64,000 nt of DNA, taken from NCBI GenBank assembly GCA_964016885.1, contig OZ024748.1, positions 12,524,001 to 12,588,000 on the forward strand, written 5' to 3'. The notes beneath the pieces were generated by a model. It saw nothing but the letters and a program-made list of their open reading frames with translations, was not told the DNA's origin and ran no database searches. Shown here one piece after another: positions 25,915-38,613 of this stretch. Within the stretch, counting starts at the first letter, position 1. Each line of letters opens with the position of its first letter. Both the position numbers and the translations under genes were made by a program. The DNA is from Eledone cirrhosa (Eukaryota).

Positions 25915-27290
25915 TATTTTCTCTTTCACTCTCACTCACACAGATACTCCATATTTTCACTTTCACTCTCACTCACACAGATACTCCATATTTTCACTTT
26001 CACTCTCACTCACACTGATACTCCATGTTTTCTCTTTCACTATCACTCACACAGATACTCCATATTTTCACTTTCACTCTCACTCACACTGATACTCCAT
26101 GTTTTCTCTTTCACTATCACTCACACAGATACTCCATATTTTCACTTTCACTCTCACTCACACTGATACTCCATGTTTTCTCTTTCACTCTCACTCACAC
26201 AGATACTCCATGTTTTCTCTTTCACTCTCACTCACACAGATACTCCATATTTTCACTTTCACTCTCTCACACAGATACTCCATATTTTCACTTTCACTCT
26301 CACTCACACAGATACTCCATGTTTTCTCTTTCACTCTCACTCACACTGATACTCCATGTTTTCACTTTCTCTCTCACTCATACTGATACTCCATGTTTTC
26401 TCTTTCACTCTCACTCACACTGATACTCCATGTTTTCTCTTTCACTCTCACTCACACTGATACTCCATGTTTTCACTTTCACTCTCACTCACACAGATAC
26501 TCCATGTTTTCTCTTTCACTCTCACTCACACTGATACTCCATGTTTTCACATTCACTCTCACTCACACTGATACTCCATGTTTTCACATTCACACTCACT
26601 ATTACACTGATACTCCGTGTTTTCACTTTCACTCTCACTCACACTGATACTCCATGTTTTCACTTTCACTCTCACTCACACAGATACTCCATGTTTTCCT
26701 TTTCACTCTCACTCACACTGATACTCCATGTTTTCACTTTCACTCTCACTCACACTGATACTCCATGTTTTCACATTCACTCTCACTCACACAGATACTC
26801 CATGTTTTCTCTTTCACTCTCACTCACACAGATACTCCATGTTTTCACTTTCACTCTCACTCACACTGATACTCCATGTTTTCTCTTTCACTCTCACTCA
26901 CACTGATACTCCATGTTTTCACTTTCACACTCACTATTACACTGATACTCCGTGTTTTCACTCTCACTCTCACCCACACACACACTGATACACCATGTTT
27001 TCACTCTCACTATTACACTGATACTCCAAGTTTTCACTCTCCCTCATACTCAGTATTATACTGATACTCCATGTTTTCACACCCACTCTTACTCACGTCA
27101 GTATTGCACTGATACTCCTTGTTTTCACTCTCATTCTCACTCAGTATTACACTGACACTCCGTGTTTTCTCTTCCACTCTCACTCTCACTCAGTATTACA
27201 CTGACACTCTATGTTTTCTCTTCCACTCTCACTCTCACTCTCACTCAGTATTACATTGACACTCCATATTTTCATTCCAACTCAATGTTT
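25915..27290. repeat. 37-bp pyrimidine-rich minisatellite abutting the exon 2 acceptor
   Basis: TTTCACTCTCACTCACAC(A/T)GATACTCCAT(A/G)TTTTC(A/T)C repeated more than 30 times. Confidence 0.92.
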
Positions 27291-27312
27291 TGTCTCTTCT
27301 CTTTCTCTGCAG

Positions 27313-29315
27313 GACGGCCTCATGAACCCGTTAATTTTGAAATAAACAGGAACAATGGCGCTATTTCCCAAACTACTAACACTTACAATGCTTTTCATCC
27401 AGGCCGTTATTTCCATAGCAACAATCATTATCTCCATAATCTACACAAACCACAGCAACAGTATCAAGGACAACTACAACAGCAGCAACAAGAACAACTA
27501 CAATATCACCAGGAACAACAGCAACAACAACTGCAGTTGTCGCTGCAGCAAGTGCGTAAACCATTGGTGGGTATCAGTGCTTCCTACAACCGTGTTAGCC
27601 ATGTGATACAAATGAACAGTAGTGGACAACAGAGACCGAAAGTCATTACTGTGGTTCGCTATGGAACTCGGCCAAGAAATTCCGTTAAAATGTTCCTTAA
27701 TCGACAAATGATTCAGTCTTTCGAACAAATCCTGGTTGACATTTCTGAATGTTTTGGAGCCAAACGACAAAATGATAAATTCAATAAACTGTTTTCCTTA
27801 CGAGGCAAACAAGTTTATGGTATCAATGATTTCTTTCGCGAAGATGATGTGTTCCTAGCGGTGGGCAATGAACGTATTTCTGATGAAGATATCCAAGACA
27901 TCATAGAAGACCTTTACCCCAACAGTCCGTATGCCAAAAGTCTTATGAAGCAGTGGGAAAAGATGAAAAGATGCCGTCTTATTCATGATAACAAATGCAA
28001 ATCTGAGAAACTGGACAGTGGTTTTGGTAGCAGTGAGAGCAGTAAGAAGGCTATTGGGAATGATCCTGTGTCTTCTGGTGATAACAAACCATCTGGATAT
28101 TCTATGGAACTGGTCAACAATAGCAGTAGCAGACTGAACCAAACGAAAGATTACCGGATTGTGCTCAAAGCTGATCAATTTAAAGATCAAGTGTTGTATG
28201 AAGAGGATGTGAAAATGAAGAAAAGTCAGAAGAAAATTGTTGAGAATGCTAAGTCATGTGTGGTGAGAAACAACAAGAACAACAAAAACAATAGTAAGAA
28301 TACTAACGTTGTTGCTGTTGTTGGTGATAGTGGTGGAGGAGGTGTTGGTAATGGTGATGACAGTAAAGTGGTTATAGGAAGAGGAAAGAGGCGAGAAGGT
28401 GTGAGAGATGAAGGTGGCAATAACTATAGCAGACACAACAACCACAAAAAATATAAAATGATAAAACTTAAGAAAGAGATACAAAATAAATCGGTAATGA
28501 TTGTGAATGAAGACAAAGAAAATTTATCTAAGCCCATTGATGATGATAGTGTAATAATTGAAACTGTGTCAAAGATCGTAGCCAGAATTTCATCACCAAA
28601 TGTCACTACTCTCCACATCAGTAAATCAACATCCATCACCAACACTCACCCCCACATCACCAACAACAACACCATCATTACCAGTGCCAATACCAATGAA
28701 GTCAAAACAATTTCTACAACAACAAAAACAACAACCAATTTCATAACTGTTGCAGCACCAGCAGCAGCAGCAGTAGCATCAGCAGCAACAACAACTACTA
28801 GTACTAGTTCTGATGTTGACAGCACTGCTGCTGTTATTACTACTACTACTACTGCTGCTGCAACTGCTACTACTACTACAGCTACAACTACTACAAGTAA
28901 CACCACTTCCATTAATCCAACTACCTCTGTCTCAAACTCAGCTCCTAGCTTGATACCTGTCATAGAAAACATAGAAAAAACAGATGACGACCAGGTGGCC
29001 CTGTTTGAACCTTTCCCAAGCAACAAATTTAAACTTGGTTATCAAGTATCAAATAATGACATTCTGGGGAGGTATCATTTAGGCAGGACTTTGGGCTATG
29101 GTAACTTTGCTGAAGTACGAGAGGCAAAGAGGAAGAAAGGTATCCCGTGTGAAATAGCCATGAAAATCATTGACAAAAACAAAATGGTTGGTAAGGAACA
29201 TATGGTGGAGAACGAAATCTTTATACTCAAGATCTGTAGACATAACAGCATAGTTAAACTGTACGAGGAGTTTGAAACCCCTGATCGGATATACTTAGCT
29301 TTGGAATTGGTGAAG
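27313..29315 (+). CDS. DCLK3: DCLK3-like exon 2: Q-rich segment, second DCX domain, T/A-rich linker, kinase N-lobe
   Basis: Acceptor TTTCTCTGCAG| at 27312; G+GA gives Gly in frame. RPKVITVVRYG...DDVFLAVGNE is DCX2. LGYGNFAEV, IAMKII and ENE are kinase subdomains I-III. Donor AAG|GTGAGT (phase 0). Confidence 0.93.
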
Positions 29316-30303
29316 GTGAGTAGTTTCTGGCTGTTATTTTCTTTTTTATCCCTGCCTAAAATCCCTACCACCTTATCCTGCACCTATCTACTGACCTACC
29401 TCTCTATCTATCTATGTATCTATCCATATATATCTATATCTATCTATCTATTGAGGCGGTTTTCCTTTGTGTGATAGCTATGGCGAGGGAGGTTGTATGG
29501 TGGACAAGGTTGAACGGGCTGAGGTCAGACACCTTTCTCTCCAGCCAACAACTGGTTCTTTTTTTCAAATACCACTTTGGAAGAAGAATCAGGATGGAGA
29601 GAGAGGTGCTGTACCCCAGCAAGTTTTATGAAAGGTGGGTGAAAGTGGCGAGAATGGCCCGAGTGAATGGGCCTTCTCTCTATATCAGCCTGTAGGTTGA
29701 GGAAAAGGAGGAGGAGAGGAAAGGAGTACAAACTCTTCGTACTCCTGGAGTTGAGGGCTGCACATTTTTTCGGGGGTATGTGTTACCCATATGAACTGTC
29801 TCCCCCTATTGGGGAAAATCGACTAACTTTTTAAATTGCATTTGTGATAACATTTTACACGTTTTTATTGTATGTAAACTTCCCCCTTTGTATGTGTCCC
29901 CTTCTTTTGTGCCCCTGTGGCTAATAAAGAAACGTATCTATGTATCTAGCCATACGCCTCTATATCTATATCTGTCTATCTCTATATATATAGTATTAGA
30001 AAGATAGGAGGCCATAAGCAGTTGCTGCACATACCTGGTTGGTTAGCCCCATATAATAATAATATATATATATAACCCATGCTAGCGTGGAAAATGGACG
30101 TTAAACGAAGATGATGATGATGATAGGTAGAACACTGGAAGGTAATATCCGTAGCGGTAGAGCGCTCAGTCCTTGGGATGAGTTTGGTAGTAGTAGTAAC
30201 ACAACAGTTAGTTCACCATACCGAGAACAATTGTTTCACCTTATCTGGTGAAACAATTGTTCTCGGTATGGTGAACTAACTGTTGTATTACTACTTCTCT
30301 CTC

Positions 30304-30358
<55 letters not shown>

Positions 30359-30504
30359 GTAGGTCCCGGGTTGAGTCGGGGATAACCACAGTAAGTAAGG
30401 TACTCAATACATGGCAGAGTAAAATTTTTTATTTTATAGAAGGAGCTTCTGAAGATTTCATCTGAATGAAACAGTACTAGTCCTGTAGAAGCTCCTATAA
30501 AATA

Positions 30505-30559
<55 letters not shown>

Positions 30560-30693
30560 ATATATAAATGCAATGTTGCATGCTTCTGATATTCTCAGAC
30601 ATGACATCTTTAATCTAATTTTGGTAGTATATATATATATATATATATATATATAAGTAGTAATTCAACAGTTAGTTCACCATACCGAGAACA

Positions 30694-30727
<34 letters not shown>

Positions 30728-30783
30728 ATATATATATATTAAGAGAGTAAAACAAAGAATCCTTTAATACATCAAAAGTTTTT

Positions 30784-30828
30784 ATTAGCCAACAATGTTT
30801 CGTCCTATTTAGGACTCATCAGGGCAAT
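30784..30828 (-). ncRNA. Minimal hammerhead ribozyme (inverted copy of 31028-31072)
   Basis: Exact reverse complement of the 31028-31072 motif, in the other arm of the fold-back. Confidence 0.8.
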
Positions 30829-31027
30829 CAAAACCACAAGAAGTACTATCGGCCAATACAAGCTTTTTGCTTTGGACTATATTTGTAATATGGTTCAAAA
30901 TGTTATCCACCTCCTTAGTGATTTTTATTATATATTTTTACCCATAATCTTCCAATACTTTAGTGTACACTCCATATTCTTCGGAGTTTTTGGCTTGTAT
31001 TGGCCGATAGTACTTCTTGTGGTTTTG

Positions 31028-31072
31028 ATTGCCCTGATGAGTCCTAAATAGGACGAAACATTGTTGGCTAAT
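31028..31072 (+). ncRNA. Minimal hammerhead ribozyme (family H1, GUU triplet)
   Basis: ATTGCC-CTGATGA-GTCCT(AAAT)AGGAC-GAAAC-ATT-GTT-GGCTAAT. Confidence 0.8.
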
Positions 31073-31694
31073 AAAAACTTTTGATGTATTAAAGGATTCT
31101 TTGTTTTACTCTCTTAATTTTTTGGCTCTGTTTAACTGCATTGAGCTATACCTTTTACTGTCATTTCTATAATACGAGGAGGGTGTTTAACTCCAACACG
31201 CTCCAGTATTCTAATCCTTATATATATATATATTTAGGAAAAGAGTTGGCACCCTGATGGCTGAGCCCCATACGTTTTGACAGCTAGATCCGAACTAAGC
31301 CACCAGCTTGTTATATATATGTGTGTGTGTGTGAGAGGCCCGGGTTCCATCGGGTAATCACAGTAAGTAAGGTACTCAATACAGTAGTAGAGTTTAAACA
31401 TCTTGTTTAATATAGAAATGGCTTATACAGGACTAGAACTGTTTCATTCAAAAGAAGTCATAAGAAATGAAACAGTTCTAATCCTATAGAAGCCTCCTCC
31501 ATAAAACAACTAATAATATACATATATGTGTGTGTATGTATGTGTGTGTGTGTGTGAGTGTGTGTAAACACACACAGATATATTGAGCACCTGTTCAATT
31601 TACATCTATGAAATTTTAGTTTTACGGCATTGATGTTGATTATTATGATGATGATGATGATCAACTACCAGCAGTCCTGATAACTGTATTGTAG

Positions 31695-31841
31695 GGAGGT
31701 GATCTGTTTGATGCTATCACCCAGAGTGTGAAATTCAAAGAACCACAATCAGCAGTAATGGTTCAAGACCTAGGCAGCGCCCTCTTTTACTTACATTCCA
31801 TGGGGATTGTACACAGGGATTTGAAGCCTGAGAATCTATTG
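31695..31841 (+). CDS. DCLK3: DCLK3-like exon 3 (catalytic loop)
   Basis: GTAG|[17 protein letters not shown]...[12 protein letters not shown]|GTGAGA; 147 nt, phase 0/0. The SVKFxEP motif resembles vertebrate DCLK3. Confidence 0.95.
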
Positions 31842-31969
31842 GTGAGATCAATAATTTTACATATTTTACTTCATGTTGTTGTTGTTGTTGTTTAGTGACC
31901 ATATTTCTATTGAAATACTTCATCTTGTTGCTGTTGTTGTTATTGTTTTTGCTGTTTAGTTTAAAGATA

Positions 31970-32137
31970 CCATATTTCCCGGCGCCGAAAACACTTCGTC
32001 CTTGAGGACACACCCTAATTTTGACAACCAAAAATGTGAAAAAAAATAATAAACAACCTTCGGCCTCCAGGACGCATGGTAGATTTTTGAGACTTACTTT
32101 AGCCAAAAAGTAGCGTCTTCGACGCTGGGAAATACGG
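31970..32137. mobile_element. pogo/Tigger-type MITE
   Basis: TA|CCATATTTCCCGGCG...CGCTGGGAAATACGG|TA. Confidence 0.75.
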
Positions 32138-32159
32138 TACTTTCTTTTTTAAAACAGTT

Positions 32160-32710
32160 CTACATGCCCTGAAAAGAGCCAAGAGCACTGATGTGCATCT
32201 CTCAGCAGTTTTGGTAGCTCTGAAAAAAGTCATGGGATCTGCCCCTCTCCTCCACCAGTCTAGGAGGCTGTGAAAAATGCCATGGGTACTGCTTCTCCAT
32301 TCCAATAGTGTTGGAGGCCTTGTAAAGTGCCATGGGCATTGCCCTTCCTTTCTATTTATCTTGACAGCCTTGTAAAGGGTCATAGGCACTGCCCTGCATC
32401 TTCCACCAGTCCTGGTAACACCAAAAAGGGCCATGGGTATTGCTCCTCCCTTCCATCAATGCTGGAGGTGGAGGTCTTAAAAAGGGTAATGATCTCTACT
32501 CCTCACTTCCATCAATGTTGTTTTCCCTAAAAAGGGTCATGGCTTATACATGTGCCTCCTAGCAATCATGAAAGTCTTGAAAAGAACCATGAGCACTGGT
32601 CCTCCATTCCATCACTTTTGGTAGCCCTGGAAAGTGCCATGGGCATTGTCCCTCCCTTCCACCAGTCTTGAAAGCCCTAAAAAAGGGTCATGATTACTGA
32701 CCTTCCTCCC
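32160..32710. repeat. Degenerate tandem repeat of about 50 bp in DCLK3 intron 3
   Basis: Recurrent AAAGGGTCATGGG..TGCCC...TTCCACCAGTC. Confidence 0.7.
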
Positions 32711-32749
32711 TGGCTAAAAAACTGAAAATTTTTTTTGTATCCAAAACAG

Positions 32750-32882
32750 GTTTACTGGAATAAAGATGGTTTCCTGAAATTGAAACTGGCAGACTTTGGG
32801 TTGGCTATGGAGATTACAGAAGATATTTACACAGTATGTGGCACACCCACATATGTTGCACCCGAAATCCTTACCCAAGAAG
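32750..32882 (+). CDS. DCLK3: DCLK3-like exon 4 (DFG to APE)
   Basis: ACAG|[19 protein letters not shown]...[18 protein letters not shown]|GTCAGT; 133 nt, phase 0/1. Confidence 0.95.
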
Positions 32883-33327
32883 GTCAGTGACACCCTTTTC
32901 TTTTTCCTAAATATCTGTACAGTAATGTAAAGTATACATCCTTGATCTAATAGTATCAAAACTTTTCCTCCTCATAAACATGAATGAAGATTTATTTTTA
33001 GTTGAGTGGTTCCCAAAGTAGGTTCCACAGACCACAAGGGTTCCCAAAGGAGTATGTTTATCTTATGACCATATAACAGTATTAGACTTTGGTGTTCCCC
33101 CATAAGTTTCTGAGCCAAAAAGTTTTGTAAACCCTGGCCTAGTGGTTAGGATGTTAGACTTGGATCATAAAGTTGTGGGGCTCGATTCCTAACCTAGGAG
33201 GTACATTGTGCTCTTGAGCAAGCCACTTCATTTCACATTACTTTTCATAGTAGGATTAGAGGCCGCTGTCATTAAAACACCTACAAAACCTCCTAGATTA
33301 GATGCTAACTTGTAGGATGTCAGTTAA

Positions 33328-33545
33328 CCCTTTAGCATTTAAACTGGCCATATCCAGCCAGAATTCTCTCACCTGTTTCTGTTCAAACTGACTGTAACTG
33401 GCCACTCATACTGATGTTAAGGTATTGTTCTCAAAATAAATATCAAAATCTCATAGATTTGATATTATGTGAGATAATCATGTGAAGTAAAGCCATTACC
33501 ATGAAAATACAATAGTAAATATACAGTAATGTAAATGCTAAAGGG
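33328..33545. mobile_element. piggyBac-type MITE
   Basis: TTAA|CCCTTTAGCATTTA...TAAATGCTAAAGGG|TTAA. Confidence 0.8.
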
Positions 33546-33628
33546 TTAAACTTATTGATGATGATGGTGGTGGTGGTGGTGGTGGTGGTGATGATGATGA
33601 TGTATGTTTTATTGACAATCTTCTACAG

Positions 33629-33796
33629 GCTATGGACTTGAAGTGGACATGTGGGCGACTGGTGTGATATGTTTTATATTACTGTGTGGGTTCCCACCTT
33701 TCCATAGCCATGACAGACGGCAGTCAGATCTTTTTGAAAAAATCAAGGCAGGAGAATATGAATTCCTTACACCATACTGGGATCAAATTTCGAACT
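33629..33796 (+). CDS. DCLK3: DCLK3-like exon 5
   Basis: CTACAG|(G)YGLEVDMWATGVICFILLCGFPPF...PYWDQISN-T|GTGAGT; 168 nt, phase 1/1. Confidence 0.95.
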
Positions 33797-34398
33797 GTGA
33801 GTAATAATTGTTTCTACTTTAGGCACAAGGCCAGCAATTACCTATTGCATTACTGGTACTAGTAATAATAATTATTAATGAATTTTTTTCTCTGTTGACC
33901 ACTGGCCACTGGTCTCTGAGGCATTTTTGTTCTCAATTAAATCGTGCGAAACCATTTTGCTGGTTTGAGGGCTGATGAGGGAGAAGATGTGTGTGTGTGT
34001 CTTGTACATTATTTCCTCTTCCAATCACTTCTGTGCACCAATACACTACTCCTTGTCCTCCTCCCCTTTCAATCTTTTCTATATTTCATCTGCCTGTCAC
34101 CAACCTTGTGGGTTGTATCTCTGTTGACCACTGGCCATTGGTCTCTGTCCTCTGAGGCATCGCTGTCTTTGACAGCAGTTAGCTGTTTTAAAGGCTGATC
34201 TAGCAATGAGTTTTCTCAGTTTTATATATATTCAAATACACTCTCGCTTCGTCTCGATCAGAGACAACATTGTTTTTTCATTTAATAATGTGTATGTTTA
34301 TGAGTACGCTTATGTTTATTTGAGTGTGTGTGGGTCTATCTGTCCCAGTGTATGTGTGTATGTCTATGCCTATCTATCTCAGTGTGTGCATATCTGTC

Positions 34399-34435
<37 letters not shown>

Positions 34436-34484
34436 ATATGTCTTTTTGTCTATCTCAGTCTGTGTGTGTGAGTACGTTTATCTG

Positions 34485-34735
34485 TGTCTGTGTGTGTGTG
34501 TATATGTCAACATATTTCAGTGTGCATGTGTATGTCTATCTTAGTGTGTCTGTGTGTGTGTATATGTCAACATATTTCAGTGTGCATGTGTATGTCTATC
34601 TTAGTGTGTCTGTGTGTGTGTATATGTCAACATATTTCAGTGTGCATGTGTATGTCTATCTTAGTGTGTCTGTGTGTGTGTATATGTCAACATATTTCAG
34701 TGTGCATGTGTATGTCTATATTAGTGTGTGTGTGT
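34485..34735. repeat. 60-bp tandem repeat, x4
   Basis: TATATGTCAACATATTTCAGTGTGCATG at 34501, 34561, 34621 and 34681. Confidence 0.9.
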
Positions 34736-35304
34736 ATGTATTTGTATATCTATCTCAGTGTGGGTGTATGTGTATGTCTGTCTATCTATCTCAGCATGTG
34801 TATATGTATGTTTATCTCACCGTGTGTGTGTATATCTGTGTCTGTATGTCTGTCTGTGTGTCAACCAGATGATTCAAGTTCTACCACCACCACCACCACC
34901 ACCATCACTGCCACCACCACCACCACTGCCACCACCAGCATCACTGTCACCACTACCAGCACCAGCACCACCATCATCATCACTGCCACCACCAGCACCA
35001 GCACCAGCACCACCACTACCAGCACCAGCACCATCACCACTGCCACCACCACCACCAGCACCACCACTACCAGCACCATCACTGCCACCACCACCACCAC
35101 CATCATCACTGCCACCACCACGATCACCACTGCCACCACCACCACCAGCACCATCACTGCCACCACCACCACCACCACCACCATCATCATCACTGTCACC
35201 ACCACGATCACCACCACCACCACCAGCACCAGCACCATCACTGCCACCACCACCACCACCACCACCATCATCATCATCTCTCTCTCTCTTTCATATCATT
35301 CCAG

Positions 35305-35519
35305 ATGCAAAAGGTCTGATCCGGCACCTTCTAGTTGTCGATCGGAGACGTCGTTACACCGCTGTTGATGTTCTGTGCCATCCGTGGATCTTGTGTGGAG
35401 GTGATATTGCGTGGATACTGCAAGGACAGGAGTTAACCAACAACCAGAAAAAACTCCGTGAAAAGTTGTTAAGTGAGGGAAAAAATTATTTAAATATTTT
35501 CAACAGACAGAAAATATGA
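35305..35519 (+). CDS. DCLK3: DCLK3-like last coding exon
   Basis: TTCCAG|(Y)AKGLIRHLLVVDRRRRYTAVDVLCHPWI...RQKI-TGA. The six exons sum to 3072 nt, i.e. 1023 aa plus stop. Confidence 0.92.
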
Positions 35520-35607
35520 AAAGAAAGAAGAAAATAACAAAAAAAAACAATATTTTTGTTTTGTTTGTTTCTTTCAATATTTCATATCATTACTACTAAT
35601 AATTAAC

Positions 35608-36350
35608 CGGTGGATTGGCAGTATCGGTAGAGGGTCGGACACCATGCTTTCCAGCATAGAGTTACGTCCCTTTATGGTCTGAGTTCAAATCCTGCCGAGG
35701 TTCACTTTGCCTTTCATCCTTACGGGGTCGATAAAATAAAGTACCAGTAATGTACTGGGTAATTGCTGGCCTTGTGCCAAATGTAGAAACAATTATTATT
35801 AATATAAGGGTGGTGGATTGGCAGTATCAGTAGAGGGTCGGACACCATGCTTTGACGCATAGAGTTACGGCCCTTGCCATTCTGAGTTCAAATCCCGCTG
35901 AGATTAGTTTTGCCTTTCATGCTTAAAGGGGTTGATAAAATAAAATACCAGTCATGCACTGGGGTCGAATTAATTGACTTTCCCCTCCCCAAGAATTGCT
36001 GGCCTTGTGCCTATATAAGAAACCATTATTGGCAGTAATTTGTAGAGTATCGGACAACATGCTATGTGGCATATACTTAGTTTCTGAGTTCAAATCCTGT
36101 CGAGGTTAACTTTGCCTTTCATCCTTATGGGACTCGATAGAATAAAGTACCAGTAACGCACTGGGGTTGATTTAATCAACTTTCCACTTCTCCCATAATT
36201 ACTGCCCATTCGTAGTTACATCCCTTTACAATCTGAGTTCAAATCCCGCCGAGGTTAACTTTGCCTTTCATCCTTACGAGGTCGATAAAATAAAGTACCA
36301 GTAATACACTGGGGTAATAGCTGGCCTTGTGCCAAAAGTAGAAACAATTA
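35608..36350 (+). mobile_element. Cluster of four head-to-tail family 1 SINEs just after the DCLK3 stop codon
   Basis: Repeated head, body and tail units separated by ATT-rich joints. Confidence 0.85.
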
Positions 36351-36988
36351 TGGATAAATAGGAACTGTTATTGTTATTATAGTTTAGGCAATGGATTAGC
36401 AGAATAAACAGGTTCTGACATAATGCAATGCTGTAAGGAAGTGAAGGGTAGTGCCTATGATCTTTTATAGGGCCTCTGAGATTGGCAGGATCTTTGGGGT
36501 AACGTTACCCAATATAGTGCATAGCTTGAAGATCAGGGAGTTGTTCCAGCTAGACCTACTACTTCTTTGAATTGAGAGATTGCAGCTCTGATACTACAAA
36601 CACGTGATTAATGTGTCAGGAAATAATCATTGGACAGATTTTACAGGCAAAAGCCAACCAGCAGGAGTCCTAGGGGTAGACCACATGTACGATGGTTGTA
36701 TAACATCCATAAGTTCAGTTAGTATCGCTTGGCAATCTAGCCAGATCAATAGAACCCTCTGGAAGGCATCACTGAGGACTCTATCCGCAAGACCCTCCAG
36801 GGAATAAGTGGGCAATGTTTCTGGGTTATTACCCTTCATCAGTACCATATGCTGTTTACCGGCCAACTATCAGAGTTAGTGAAAATATATGACGGGGTCA
36901 TTCTACTGACAAGGCTTAAGAGGCTGTTTGCATTATTGCAAATGAATTGAATATTATTATTAATATTTGAAAAACTCAGATTTACATT

Positions 36989-37022
<34 letters not shown>

Positions 37023-37165
37023 TACACAATAATCCTGCTCTGTAAAACATCTGATGTATTTACATTGAGCCACTTTTCTTACTGGTAATAAGGGAGTAAT
37101 GAATTACTGACCTTTCCTGTTTATAGTTGTATATAGTGTATATATATATAACTATAAATAATATT

Positions 37166-37251
<86 letters not shown>

Positions 37252-37337
37252 AACATATATATATTATATTGCCAAATATAATATAATATAATTTCTTCAC
37301 CCAATTCTTTCAAGTTTTTATATTTAAAGACAAAGTT

Positions 37338-37382
<45 letters not shown>

Positions 37383-38121
37383 ATCTATTTATGGAAATGT
37401 TGAGCAAATATGTATTTATTGAAGAGTTAGAAGCTTCATAGTAATATCATCATCATTTTATGTCCCCTTTTCCCTGCTTGCAAGGGTGGGACGGGAACTG
37501 ATTCTGGCTTGATTTCTACAGCTGGATGCCCCTCCTAACACCAACATCATTTACAGTGAGTGCTGGGTGCTTTTTTGCTGTGGACACCTCCACGACCTCT
37601 TTGCAGTGGAATGATAGGGACCCCAGTCCCTATCATCTCATTTCTACAGCTGAGTAAACTGAAGCAATGTGAAATAAAGTGTCTTGCTCAAGGAAACAAC
37701 ACATCACTCGGTCTGAAAATTGAACTCACAACCTTTCGATTGCAAGGCCAATGCTCTAACCACTAAGCTATGTGCCTCCATATATATATACTCTTTTACT
37801 CTTTTACCAGTTCCAGCCATCCGGCTGAGGCCATGCTGGAGCACCGCATAAATCAAAGCTGTAGCTGCCATAGAGCAGGTACTAATCGAATTGTTTAAGG
37901 CAGTCACAAAGCACTCAATGGAGCGAGAAGTTAATGCATTACCATCCAGAGTAAACACAAAAGTTAAAAAGCGTGACCCCAAGAAAATCGACCCAAGGCA
38001 GTGGTCATACATATACCACAACAACGCTAAATACAAATAGCTCATTTATATATATGCATATATGTATATATATATATGTATATATGTATATGTATATATG
38101 TATATATATATATATATGTAT

Positions 38122-38365
38122 ATTAGTAAAAGAGTGAAGAATAACATGGTCGGCTGTACAAAAAGGGTTTTATTTTGTACAGCCAACCATGTTATTCTTC
38201 ACTCTTTCACTACTAATACTCCAAGAATGACCTGCATGGAAATTCTTGCTACCTAACTAAGGAAACCTCTTGAGTCAAACAATGCCGTACGTTAAAAGTA
38301 TCCATAGTACAGAGTACTCACAACCTCTAACTGGATTACCTAAAGCGATAACTTATTATCCCATA
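38122..38365. mobile_element. TA-inserted fold-back with one-sided tail (downstream of the NUDT19 stop)
   Basis: AAAGAGTGAAGAATAACATGG...CCATGTTATTCTTCACTCTTT inverted arms, then a unique tail, between TA runs. Confidence 0.6.
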
Positions 38366-38613
38366 TATATATATATAAATATATAAATAAAATAAACAAT
38401 ACACTTTAATTAAATCTGTAAAACCAGTAAAAAACGTCAATTTATAACATTTAAAAAAAAGATATGTTATTTGGTTTTATATTTGAGACATTTACAAATA
38501 ATTTTTGACTCCCAAAATCTTATAAAAAAACACTGAACTAAAGCAAAACAAAAAGGGGACTTCCTTTCAAAATCTTCCTAGGTAGATCTTGCCATTTTCC
38601 TCATGTTAAAATT

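Larger units (their letters stand above)
30739..31220. mobile_element. Family H1 fold-back element (DCLK3 intron 2)
   Basis: Arms 30739-30863 and 30993-31117, plus a tail of about 100 nt; TA-flanked; one hammerhead in each arm. Confidence 0.85.

Noticed and set aside
27162-27312. N-terminal extension of the 770-aa ORF
   Set aside because: It lies in the intronic minisatellite upstream of a strong phase-matched acceptor.
34728-35304. Proline-rich extension in frame with the last kinase exon, and an alternative acceptor at 34868
   Set aside because: It is a (CAC)n microsatellite. Splicing at 34868 would enter the Thr-rich frame and stop at 35368, breaking the kinase C-lobe.
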